Origin: a virus
Virus record (IMG/VR): IMGVR_UViG_3300015360_000029
Coordinates: 1-64,000 of that record
Length of the DNA: 64,000 nucleotides
Strand: one strand, 5' to 3'
The notes below the pieces were generated by a model. The model made no database searches. It was given only the letters and a program-made list of their open reading frames with translations, and was not told the DNA's origin. The translations under genes were made by a program, and so were the position numbers. Positions 30,140-38,201 of the stretch are shown here, in pieces (positions within the stretch are counted from its first letter, which is position 1; each line of letters opens with the position of its first letter).

Positions 30140-30676
30140 ATGGCGACAAAAAAGATTTTGACGGCTACCGGAAGCCAACCAGAAGTGATCCCGAAGAAGG
30201 TGATCAAAGTAAAGAAGGCGAAATCGACTTCAACTCGCGGGCATTACGTGACGAACGCTCAGCTGATTGAAGCGATCGCCGCGGACAAACTTACCAAGGA
30301 TGCAACGAATCCAAACGGAAAACTTTCTGGAAAGTTGGCGAAGTATCTCTGGATGATTGCCGAACGGTATTCATACAGTCCGTCTTTCGCAGGATATTCG
30401 TTCCGCGAAGATATGGTTTCAATCGCTGTCGTGAATCTCTGTGCGAATTGGTACAAGTTCGACCCAGCGAAGTCTGACAACCCTTTCGCATTCTACACGA
30501 CGGCTGCATATCGATCGTTCTTGCAGTACCTCGCAGACGAGAAAAAGCATCGCGAAATTCGTGATTCGCTGTTAGTCGAGCATGGTGCGAACCCGTCATT
30601 TGCTTTCCAAGATAGAACACGACCAGGTAAGACTTCGGATGAGACTGCATTTCGTTCCTCATCTGGGGAGGAGTGA
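30140..30676 (+). CDS. gp55: Late-transcription sigma factor
   Basis: HYVTNAQL, IAERYS..P.F.GYSFREDM, FDP.KS.NPFAFYT....SF..Y...EKK; ATG 30140 with GAGGA RBS. Confidence 0.88.
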   Translation: MATKKILTATGSQPEVIPKKVIKVKKAKSTSTRGHYVTNAQLIEAIAADKLTKDATNPNGKLSGKLAKYLWMIAERYSYSPSFAGYSFREDMVSIAVVNLCANWYKFDPAKSDNPFAFYTTAAYRSFLQYLADEKKHREIRDSLLVEHGANPSFAFQDRTRPGKTSDETAFRSSSGEE

Positions 30677-30680
30677 GTCA

Positions 30681-31766
30681 ATGGCAATCATTACAACTGC
30701 TCGGAGTTCTCCATTGAAAAAAGAACTCGGCGAAATCAGAAAGCTCTGTGCTTTTACGGACATCCATTTTGGCGCCAGAAACAATAGCGATCAGCATAAT
30801 TTGGATTGTTTGGACTTCATCGATTGGTTCATCACAAAAGTGAAGATGATCAAGCCAAGCCACATCGCATTTCTTGGAGACTTCTTTGAGAATCGGAACG
30901 CGATCAACGTTCGCACTTTGAATGCTGCGACTGAATGCTGCCGCCGTTTGAACGCCTTAGGCATCCCGATCTTTTGGATCGTTGGAAATCATGATCTGTA
31001 TCACCGTTCGAATCGAAAGATCTTCTCGACTGACATCTTCTCAGATCACGATAACTTCATCGTCATCAACGAGCCAATCGAATTGAACAAGGATTGGTTC
31101 GCTGCTCCTTTCCTATTCAAAGACGAGTACCCGTCGTTGGCTGCCGACATCAACAGCCACAAGTACGTGATGGGGCACTTCGAGTTCAGGAACTTCGTTG
31201 TTGCTGGATCAACTCGAACTCTCGATCACGGACCTGAGGCTGAAGCATTTTCAGGTCCGAAGTATATCTTCACTGGACACTTTCATAAGCGGCAGTTCAA
31301 TCGGAACATTGTATACATCGGGAATACATTCCCGACGAACTACGGCGATGCCGGCGATGCCGCTCGTGGAATGGCCATCTTCGATGTTGAAAGTGATGAA
31401 GTGTATTTTGAAGATTGGGAAGATGCTCCGTTATTTTTCAAGACAAAGCTCAGTCAAGTTCTCGAAGGCGAAAGCGAATGGCCGCCGAAGAGTCGTGTTC
31501 GCTGTACCCTTGATGCTGATATTGGGTACAGCGACGTTCAAGCTCTTCGCGAAGAGATGATCAAGTCGTTCAGTCTTCGTGAATTTTCAGTCGAAGAAGA
31601 TCAAGCACTTCGAAAGGGAATGCTGAGTGAAGGTTTAGAATTAGAGACAGAACTTGACACGAGTTCGCTTGATTCGACAGTGAGACAGTTGATCATCGAT
31701 GGTGTTCAACCATCGCCGACGATTGATCCCGCAGTTCTGGTTCGTTTGTACGAGGAGTTAGTGTGA
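30681..31766 (+). CDS. gp47: Recombination endonuclease, Mre11/SbcD-like
   Basis: FTDIHFG, LGDFF, VGNHD, GHFE, FTGHFH metallophosphoesterase motifs; probable start ATG 30681. Confidence 0.9.
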   Translation: MAIITTARSSPLKKELGEIRKLCAFTDIHFGARNNSDQHNLDCLDFIDWFITKVKMIKPSHIAFLGDFFENRNAINVRTLNAATECCRRLNALGIPIFWIVGNHDLYHRSNRKIFSTDIFSDHDNFIVINEPIELNKDWFAAPFLFKDEYPSLAADINSHKYVMGHFEFRNFVVAGSTRTLDHGPEAEAFSGPKYIFTGHFHKRQFNRNIVYIGNTFPTNYGDAGDAARGMAIFDVESDEVYFEDWEDAPLFFKTKLSQVLEGESEWPPKSRVRCTLDADIGYSDVQALREEMIKSFSLREFSVEEDQALRKGMLSEGLELETELDTSSLDSTVRQLIIDGVQPSPTIDPAVLVRLYEELV

Positions 31767-31894
31767 TGGAGAATTTAGCTGTGATGCTCTGGGCTATCGT
31801 CGGCGCTACGTTGATTGGAATTTGGGCAGGTTCTCCAATGCTCGGCATCGGTGTGTACTGCTGCATTGCGGCAACAGGAGGTTGGAAGTCATGA
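31766..31894 (+). CDS. 42-aa hydrophobic membrane peptide
   Basis: Not in the ORF track. MENLAVMLWAIVGATLIGIWAGSPMLGIGVYCCIAATGGWKS; start overlaps gp47 TGA, stop overlaps gp46 ATG; GAGGAG RBS upstream. Confidence 0.65.
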   Translation: MENLAVMLWAIVGATLIGIWAGSPMLGIGVYCCIAATGGWKS

Positions 31895-33630
31895 GCATCC
31901 CGCTAATCTTCAAATCACTCTCGCTGAAGAATTTCATGAGCGTTGGAAATGCGGAAAGCACGATCGAGCTTGACTGTCAAGGTACTGTCACTGTCACTGG
32001 CGAGAACCTTGACAATGGCGGATCGAACGGTGCTGGGAAAACGACGATCATCAATGCTCTGTGTTATGCTCTGTATAACAAGGCGTTCGACGCAATCACC
32101 TTACAGCGTCTTGTGAATACTACGAACGCGTTGAAGAATACGCAAATGGAAGTGCGTCTTGTGTTTGAGAAAAACGGTTGCGAGTACGAAGTATTTCGGG
32201 CGCGCGGCACAGATTACAAGATCGAAATTACGAAGGATGGCGAGGACATCACTCCTGGAAAGGGTGCTGTCGAATGTGATGCGCTGCTTGTTGACATCGT
32301 AGGGATCAGTTACGAGTTGTTCACGAAAACAATCATATTCTCAGGGAATTCACCTGCATTCCTGCAACTCCCTTTGTTTCAACAACGGAATCAGATCGAA
32401 GAGCTGTTCAACATTACGATGCTCTCCGAAAAGGCAACGATCTTGAAAGAAAAGATCAAGGCAACAGAACAAGACATCAAAGTTCAAGAAGCTGTGTGCA
32501 AGCAGCAAGAGAGTGCTGTTGAGCTGCATAAAAGGCAAGTGAAAGAAGCTGAATCACGAGTTCTTCGTTGGGAATCACAACGAGTTTCAGAGATCGAAGA
32601 AATTGAAGAAACATTGCTGATCGTTGGACAGATCGATTTCGATGCTGAAAAAGCGCGGCATGCCGAACGAAATTTGCTGAAGCAAGATGGCGCGTACCTT
32701 GCTGCGAAGCTTGCACCGCTGAAGAAAGACCATCAGCACTTGTCGCAAGCTGTTCAGAAGTTGATAGCTGAACACTCACACCTTGAAGATGCCACGTGCC
32801 CGTATTGTGCTCAATCGTTTCCAGATGCCCCGTCGAAGATTGCACTTGTTGATGCAGACATTCAAACCAAAGGTTCAAAGCTTCTTGAAGTTGAAGAGAA
32901 AGTTCAAGACTTCGGAGCGAAACTTCGTGACGCGAATTCGAAACTTGGCATTGTTGAAGGTGCGATCCAATATCAAGATCTCGATGAACTTCTTTCTGCT
33001 CGTGAGAACGCACAAGGTCTTCGTGCGAAGGCTACAGAACTCAAAATCGCAGTGAACCCACATATCGAAGCTCGAGAAAAGCTTTCATCTGGAAAGGTTC
33101 TAGAAGTAGAGTATCTTCGCGTTGACGACATGCGGAAGCGACTTGACCATCAGCAATTCTTACTGAAGCTTCTCACTGATAAGAATTCATTCCTTCGTCG
33201 TCGGATCATCAACAAAACAATTCCGTTCTTGAACAATCGCTTGAATCATTTCACGAATGCTCTTGGGTTGCCACACATCGTGAAGTTCGATGCAGACATG
33301 AGCTGTACTGTAACAGAATTTGGACGTGAGCTAGACTTCGGGAACCTTTCTGCTGGTGAAAAGAAACGGGTAAACACGTCAATGGCACTCGCGTTCCGTG
33401 ACGTGTTGCATCACTTACACGCTAAGACGAATCTTTTGATGATTGACGAGCTCGATGGCGCGCTTGATCAGCCTGGTATTGATGGCATCATTCGAATTCT
33501 GAAAGAGAAGAGTCGCGATGAGAACTTGTCTGTGTTCATCATCTCGCACCACCCGTCGATCGTCGGGCGCCTCGACAGAAATCTTCGAGTTGTGAAAGAG
33601 AACGGGTTCACTTCCATAGAGATGGAGTAA
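31891..33630 (+). CDS. gp46: Recombination ATPase, Rad50/SbcC-like
   Basis: KNFMSVGN, Walker A GSNGAGKTT, CPYC zinc hook, LSAGEKKR signature, Walker B LMIDE, IISH; start 31891 with GGAGG RBS. Confidence 0.92.
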   Translation: MSIPLIFKSLSLKNFMSVGNAESTIELDCQGTVTVTGENLDNGGSNGAGKTTIINALCYALYNKAFDAITLQRLVNTTNALKNTQMEVRLVFEKNGCEYEVFRARGTDYKIEITKDGEDITPGKGAVECDALLVDIVGISYELFTKTIIFSGNSPAFLQLPLFQQRNQIEELFNITMLSEKATILKEKIKATEQDIKVQEAVCKQQESAVELHKRQVKEAESRVLRWESQRVSEIEEIEETLLIVGQIDFDAEKARHAERNLLKQDGAYLAAKLAPLKKDHQHLSQAVQKLIAEHSHLEDATCPYCAQSFPDAPSKIALVDADIQTKGSKLLEVEEKVQDFGAKLRDANSKLGIVEGAIQYQDLDELLSARENAQGLRAKATELKIAVNPHIEAREKLSSGKVLEVEYLRVDDMRKRLDHQQFLLKLLTDKNSFLRRRIINKTIPFLNNRLNHFTNALGLPHIVKFDADMSCTVTEFGRELDFGNLSAGEKKRVNTSMALAFRDVLHHLHAKTNLLMIDELDGALDQPGIDGIIRILKEKSRDENLSVFIISHHPSIVGRLDRNLRVVKENGFTSIEME

Positions 33631-33633
33631 ATA
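33628..33633 (+). promoter_or_regulatory. Late promoter motif TAAATA
   Basis: Overlaps the gp46 stop, upstream of 33655. Confidence 0.5.
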
Positions 33634-33654
33634 CTAGATGCTTTGGAGACTTGA

Positions 33655-34230
33655 ATGAAAAAGAACGACTTACAAAATCTTGGAAGATCACTTCGCGAAA
33701 GTGCATCTGTGAGTTCGCGATTTAAGATTGCTATCGATAAAGTACGCGAAGACATCAAAGCTCTTGATGTCCTATTGAAGGAAGCAAATCGTCTCGGTTT
33801 GATTGATCTTTCAGAAGAAGCGATTGAAGTCGAATCAGCCGAGAATGTTTGGAAGGCTTCGAAAGATTCTGCTAAAACATACATTAGCAACACAGCGTAC
33901 TTCGTAAAACAGCTGAAAGACGATTCCGAATTCGAAGTTATGATTGACACTGCCGGGAAGCGGAAGTTCTTCGCGAAGCTCTCGAATATCGATCTCAAAA
34001 AGTCATTCACTCCGATGCGCCCGAACCAGACTCCTGATGTTGAAGGGTATGTTCAGTATCGCGACATCGAACAGGTCGAAGCATTCGCGTACTCTGAAGA
34101 CACAGTGAAGCTGAACACAGATGCTCTGCTGAACAAGGGTGATTATCTCGTTCGCAAGATTGATGGTAATGATTTCATCTACGAAGTTCAAAAGGCGAGA
34201 GATTTCGAAGCATCGTATTCTGAGAAGTGA
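33655..34230 (+). CDS. Hypothetical protein
   Basis: 191 aa, GGAG RBS, late-promoter motif upstream. Confidence 0.7.
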   Translation: MKKNDLQNLGRSLRESASVSSRFKIAIDKVREDIKALDVLLKEANRLGLIDLSEEAIEVESAENVWKASKDSAKTYISNTAYFVKQLKDDSEFEVMIDTAGKRKFFAKLSNIDLKKSFTPMRPNQTPDVEGYVQYRDIEQVEAFAYSEDTVKLNTDALLNKGDYLVRKIDGNDFIYEVQKARDFEASYSEK

Positions 34231-34245
34231 GCGGTTCTGAAGCAA

Positions 34246-34251
34246 TAAATA
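34246..34251 (+). promoter_or_regulatory. Late promoter motif TAAATA
   Basis: 4 nt upstream of the endonuclease VII ATG. Confidence 0.55.
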
Positions 34252-34255
34252 AGGG

Positions 34256-34651
34256 ATGGAAACATCCCCTCAAAAGTTAAAAACCAAAGACATCGCTTCG
34301 ACTCGTCGTTCTCTTCTAGAACGACAACAGTTCAAATGTGCGGTTTGCGGGTACGAATGCTTGGAAGAACAAGCTGTTCTTGACCACGATCACAAAGATG
34401 GACACGTTCGAGAAGCATTGCATCGTGGTTGCAATGCAGTTGAAGGCAAAATCGTGAATGCGATGCGAAGGTATGCTATCAAAGATACAAGAGCATTCCT
34501 CGAAGGTCTGGTTAAGTACCATGAGAAGCATGCCACGAATCGATCTGGCTTGATCCACCCGACCCACAAAACCCCTGAAGAAAAAGTAGCGCGAGTTAAG
34601 GCGAGGGCCAAGAAGAAGCGCGAAGCCATCAAGAAGACAAAGCAACAGTAA
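34256..34651 (+). CDS. gp49: Endonuclease VII (Holliday junction resolvase)
   Basis: Q..KCAVC, VLDHDH..GHVR.ALH.GCN..EGK, IHPTH. Confidence 0.88.
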   Translation: METSPQKLKTKDIASTRRSLLERQQFKCAVCGYECLEEQAVLDHDHKDGHVREALHRGCNAVEGKIVNAMRRYAIKDTRAFLEGLVKYHEKHATNRSGLIHPTHKTPEEKVARVKARAKKKREAIKKTKQQ

Positions 34652-34658
34652 TCATCCA

Positions 34659-35252
34659 ATGACAGAAACATCTCTCCATCGATGGAGCGCTCGCCTCGAT
34701 GCTCATCGAGAACATGGGTTCTCAGATCTCGTTCCAATTGTCTCAACACACTTCAGAGCTCACGAAGCTGTTGAGAAATTCTTAGGCCCGTACAACGCTC
34801 GACAACGAAATTCTGCGATGCCGTACTCAGCGCCAGATCGTGAAACTCTTCGCCAGCTGATCCCACAAGGCAGAATGAATGAATTTTCGTACTCCGCGTA
34901 CTTGAATAGCATCATTCGATTCTGTGAATCCTCAAGGGGCACTCGTGGCCTTCCAACGCCACATCCATCTGCAATTCACAGCATTCAGCTGCCTGAACCT
35001 GCTTTCGAACTCAAGGCTATGGTTTCAGGTGATACAATGGTGAATATCATTGGAATTCCTGAAGCCATCATCGTTCGTGGTCTTCGAAATGCAAATGATA
35101 TGAAGTTCATCATCGTGCGGCCGAAATTGAGTCAGCTTGGAACTGCATCAGCAAAGAATTGGGAAGTTCTGTTTTATCGTCAAGCACTCGGGTACATTGC
35201 TGACTGGGTTGACAGTACCTTGAATCCGCGCTATTCAGGACGTCTACAATAA
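34659..35252 (+). CDS. Hypothetical protein
   Basis: 197 aa ORF in operon context. Confidence 0.7.
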   Translation: MTETSLHRWSARLDAHREHGFSDLVPIVSTHFRAHEAVEKFLGPYNARQRNSAMPYSAPDRETLRQLIPQGRMNEFSYSAYLNSIIRFCESSRGTRGLPTPHPSAIHSIQLPEPAFELKAMVSGDTMVNIIGIPEAIIVRGLRNANDMKFIIVRPKLSQLGTASAKNWEVLFYRQALGYIADWVDSTLNPRYSGRLQ

Positions 35253-35262
35253 AGGAGTTTTC

Positions 35263-35454
35263 ATGCTCATTCAATACACACCCGTCTCGTCTCTCAGTAC
35301 TGAAGCTCGCCAGCGTTTAATCGCATCGGCTCAAAGCTTGTTGCTTACAAATGAAGCTTCACGTGGGCATGTCATTTTCGAAGGCAAATACTTCAATGTC
35401 AGCGAGGTTCGCGCAGCCGCATCCTCGAATCGTATCTTCCTTGCTGAAGGCTGA
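35263..35454 (+). CDS. Hypothetical protein
   Basis: 63 aa, strong AAGGAG RBS. Confidence 0.65.
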   Translation: MLIQYTPVSSLSTEARQRLIASAQSLLLTNEASRGHVIFEGKYFNVSEVRAAASSNRIFLAEG

Positions 35455-35456
35455 TG

Positions 35457-35465
35457 TGATACAAT
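35457..35465 (+). promoter_or_regulatory. Extended -10 promoter TGaTACAAT
   Basis: Intergenic, upstream of 35488. Confidence 0.5.
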
Positions 35466-35487
35466 AACTTTATTAACAGGAGTTATC

Positions 35488-35820
35488 GTGTCAGCAAAGC
35501 AAGCAAAGCGCCTTCGTAAGGCAGCTATGGGTCTCGCAGTGTCAGTTTCGGAAGCAGGCAGGGAAATCAGAGGCCGCACGCTGCTTGCTCAAGAGCATCG
35601 TCGAACAGCTGCATCATCCACAGTCACATCTTCAGCCTCAATGAAGCCTGATCAAATTGTTTCCGACGATGTTCATATCGAGACCTTCGCTGTGTCTGCA
35701 ATCAATGCGCCGAACTCGCTGCGCGGCATCATTCGTTCCCTAAAGAAGGGCATGAAGAATGGCACGCTCGACAAGATGCCACCGCGGTCGCGGTGCTCCA
35801 CCAGCTCCGAACTTCGCTGA
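35488..35820 (+). CDS. Basic hypothetical protein
   Basis: 110 aa, GTG start with AGGAG RBS, begins SAKQAKRLRK. Confidence 0.6.
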   Translation: MSAKQAKRLRKAAMGLAVSVSEAGREIRGRTLLAQEHRRTAASSTVTSSASMKPDQIVSDDVHIETFAVSAINAPNSLRGIIRSLKKGMKNGTLDKMPPRSRCSTSSELR

Positions 35821-35823
35821 AGA

Positions 35824-37068
35824 ATGAGCATTCTGTACAGAGTGAGTGGTGGAAGCGTTCATCACTCTGATCCATTGCACTGGTCGAACTTCTACCCAGA
35901 CAAGCAAAGACACCATCGTGAAACAATGAACAAGCGACAGGATTTGATCCTGTATCTTGCGAGTTTGCATGCATCAGCTTGTAGATCAGAAATGCCGCTT
36001 GGGATGATTCACATCCCAATGCGGCTGATGTCATTGCGCGATTGGGTTCAAGACTACCGAGTTGTACTCGATGCGTTTTTTGATGTGCAGCAACTCGGGT
36101 ATAATCTCGGCGATGGGAACCACGAAATCAGTATCCTCACACCAAAGCATTGGAAGAAAGATGAAAGGATCAAGAGCGCTTCGAATGCTGCTTGTGCTTT
36201 GAAGTACGAACCTGGTCTTCGACCTGATACTGAAATCGTTTCAAAAGTATACATTCAGCAACAGCGCGCAGATCACATCCTCGAAAAGCTGGCGCGCTGC
36301 GGGCGCCTCGATTTGCACTCCCCAGTTGAATGGTTGCTTTCACAGAGCGAAGTGAACTTCCATTTTGAACGAGCTGGAAAACTCCAGCAACGTGATACGT
36401 CTGTGTGGCCCGTTAGTGGAGTTGAAACGTGGCCAAGCTGGCTTCGTGAAGATCTATTCGGGCCAGGCATTGACATCGATTCTGCATACACACAATTCTT
36501 GTTGAAGCATCTTCGCGAAGCATACATGGACAGACCACAACTTCTCCAATTGATGTTCCCAGATCTGCTGAGATCGTTGGTTGACAAGAAGGCTTGGCGC
36601 ATCGAATTGTGTGCAGATGTTCTCGGGATGGAAGTGTCAAATGAGAACATCGGCATCGTGAAGCGTCTCTGCATGAGCCTCGCGAACGGCTCACGCATCA
36701 GCCCAATGATTCTGACAGGCTCGAGAGCGTTCAGCATCACAGCTGATCTCGTAATTCAAAACACCGATGACGTATCTGTTTGTAATTTGATTCGTATCGG
36801 TGATCGCCTACAGTCGATCTCGAGGCAGTACGTGCAAGCTCGAAAGATCATCTGCATTAAGGTTCTTGGGCGAAGCCCATCAAGAAAGAACCAAAAGAGT
36901 GTGTTCGCTTCGTATTTTGAATGGGAGCGAATAGCGCGCTACATGATCTGGGAAGAAGTCGGCAGACACGGTGTCATGGTTCATGATGGCATTGATGGCA
37001 TCCCGCAAGAACATCTTGACCGATTGCCTGCGATCATGGAAGGTCTAAGCCTTCGCCTCACAACGTGA
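35824..37068 (+). CDS. Stand-alone family-A / T7-RNAP-like polymerase palm-fingers protein
   Basis: Motif A-like GIDIDSAYTQFL, motif B-like VKRLCMSLANG, motif C-like MVHDGI in correct order; start uncertain. Confidence 0.5.
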   Translation: MSILYRVSGGSVHHSDPLHWSNFYPDKQRHHRETMNKRQDLILYLASLHASACRSEMPLGMIHIPMRLMSLRDWVQDYRVVLDAFFDVQQLGYNLGDGNHEISILTPKHWKKDERIKSASNAACALKYEPGLRPDTEIVSKVYIQQQRADHILEKLARCGRLDLHSPVEWLLSQSEVNFHFERAGKLQQRDTSVWPVSGVETWPSWLREDLFGPGIDIDSAYTQFLLKHLREAYMDRPQLLQLMFPDLLRSLVDKKAWRIELCADVLGMEVSNENIGIVKRLCMSLANGSRISPMILTGSRAFSITADLVIQNTDDVSVCNLIRIGDRLQSISRQYVQARKIICIKVLGRSPSRKNQKSVFASYFEWERIARYMIWEEVGRHGVMVHDGIDGIPQEHLDRLPAIMEGLSLRLTT

Positions 37069-37099
37069 GCGTTATTACAGCATTAGGTGCTGAATAAGG

Positions 37100-37122
37100 A
37101 ATGGGAGCCATTGGCTCCCATT
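37100..37122. terminator. Hairpin between convergent genes (probable bidirectional terminator)
   Basis: aatgggagcca-t-tggctcccatt inverted repeat. Confidence 0.75.
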
Positions 37123-37128
37123 ATTGTT

Positions 37129-37497
37129 TTATGAAGAGCGATCCATAGCATTCTCGAGCTTAGCAATTCCGCTCATAAGCACTTCCATTTCTTTTTCAAG
37201 AACTTTCAAGTCATCGTCAGCCCGACTATCATATTGATCCCCAGACCGTGATCTTTGTGAATGATATTGATTTTTCCGTTCTACATCAATCCGTTGTTGA
37301 AGCTCTTCTTTTTTAGACAGTGCTTGATCGATCTTTGTTTGTAAAGAAGATTTAAGCATGTTCTCACCGTCTTCAACCAGACCAGTAACTTCACGTGTCT
37401 TCGCAACGAAGTACTCGTGCATCGTAACAGCAGCTTGCTCTTGACGATCGTTGATGATGTCTTGAAGCATTGCCTTCAGTGTTTCTTTATTGCTCAT
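37129..37497 (-). CDS. Putative prohead-core-associated protein (N-terminus paralogous to 55602..55787)
   Basis: 122 aa; AGGAG RBS; exact TATAAATA upstream; coiled-coil C-terminus. Confidence 0.7.
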   Translation of the reverse strand: MSNKETLKAMLQDIINDRQEQAAVTMHEYFVAKTREVTGLVEDGENMLKSSLQTKIDQALSKKEELQQRIDVERKNQYHSQRSRSGDQYDSRADDDLKVLEKEMEVLMSGIAKLENAMDRSS

Positions 37498-37521
37498 GTT
37501 TTTCTCCTAGGGTTGATTCTG

Positions 37522-37529
37522 TATTTATA
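37522..37529 (-). promoter_or_regulatory. Late promoter TATAAATA (full T4 consensus)
   Basis: tatttata on + strand, upstream of 37497. Confidence 0.7.
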
Positions 37530-37579
37530 CAGGTTTGCCGTTAAAATAAACTGCTTTGAACGGATTTTGAATGTTTGCA

Positions 37580-38149
37580 TCACATCTCAAGTTGATCAAC
37601 GTACAGCTTCGACACAGGATTCTTGACCAGACGTTTAGAGCCTTGAGCGTACAAGCCTTGTTTGATCTCGTCCGCCATGTTCTTTGTGATGTTCCTGGAT
37701 CGCATTCCACCACGCAGGAAGAAGTGAACTGGAACAGGCTCGTCACCATTGACACGTCGAACCATTCGCATCCGTCCACGACCTTCGTGTCCTACGATCT
37801 TCGGAAGCGTCTTGCCTTCGTCGTCGATCATGATCTCGAAGAACGGGATCCCGATTGCGTACCCTTCTTCAACGAACTTCTCAAGATCACGTGACGTTGG
37901 CTCTTGCTGACCTTCGTCGTCGAGAGCGAGCGACATGAACACTGACGGCTTCACAAAACCGACGAACCCCATGTACCATACGTTCGTGTTGTTCGGAACT
38001 GAGCCGAACCCTTTGCTCGAAGAGAACGTGATCTTCCCGACTGTGTAATCTTCTTCTGCTAAAGCTGGTGACCAAGCCGGAACATCACCAAGCCTCTTGG
38101 CATGAATCTCGCGCTCAGCCTCGGCAAGGAATTGTTTGAATGTGTGCAT
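37580..38149 (-). CDS. ParB/Srx-like domain protein with capsid-targeting-like N-terminus
   Basis: Starts MHTFKQFLAE; GIPFF.I...KIVGHEGRGRM...VPVH resembles the ParB-N [DE]G.HR core. Confidence 0.6.
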   Translation of the reverse strand: MHTFKQFLAEAEREIHAKRLGDVPAWSPALAEEDYTVGKITFSSSKGFGSVPNNTNVWYMGFVGFVKPSVFMSLALDDEGQQEPTSRDLEKFVEEGYAIGIPFFEIMIDDEGKTLPKIVGHEGRGRMRMVRRVNGDEPVPVHFFLRGGMRSRNITKNMADEIKQGLYAQGSKRLVKNPVSKLYVDQLEM

Positions 38150-38153
38150 AGTT

Positions 38154-38159
38154 TATTTA
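38154..38159 (-). promoter_or_regulatory. Late promoter motif TAAATA
   Basis: 4 nt upstream of ATG 38149, immediately after the sheath terminator. Confidence 0.6.
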
Positions 38160-38161
38160 CA

Positions 38162-38187
38162 ACAAAGGGACCTACGGGTCCCTTTGT
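38162..38187 (-). terminator. Rho-independent terminator after tail sheath
   Basis: acaaagggacc-tacg-ggtccctttgt hairpin. Confidence 0.8.
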
Positions 38188-38201
38188 GAAGCGGTTGATC
38201 C

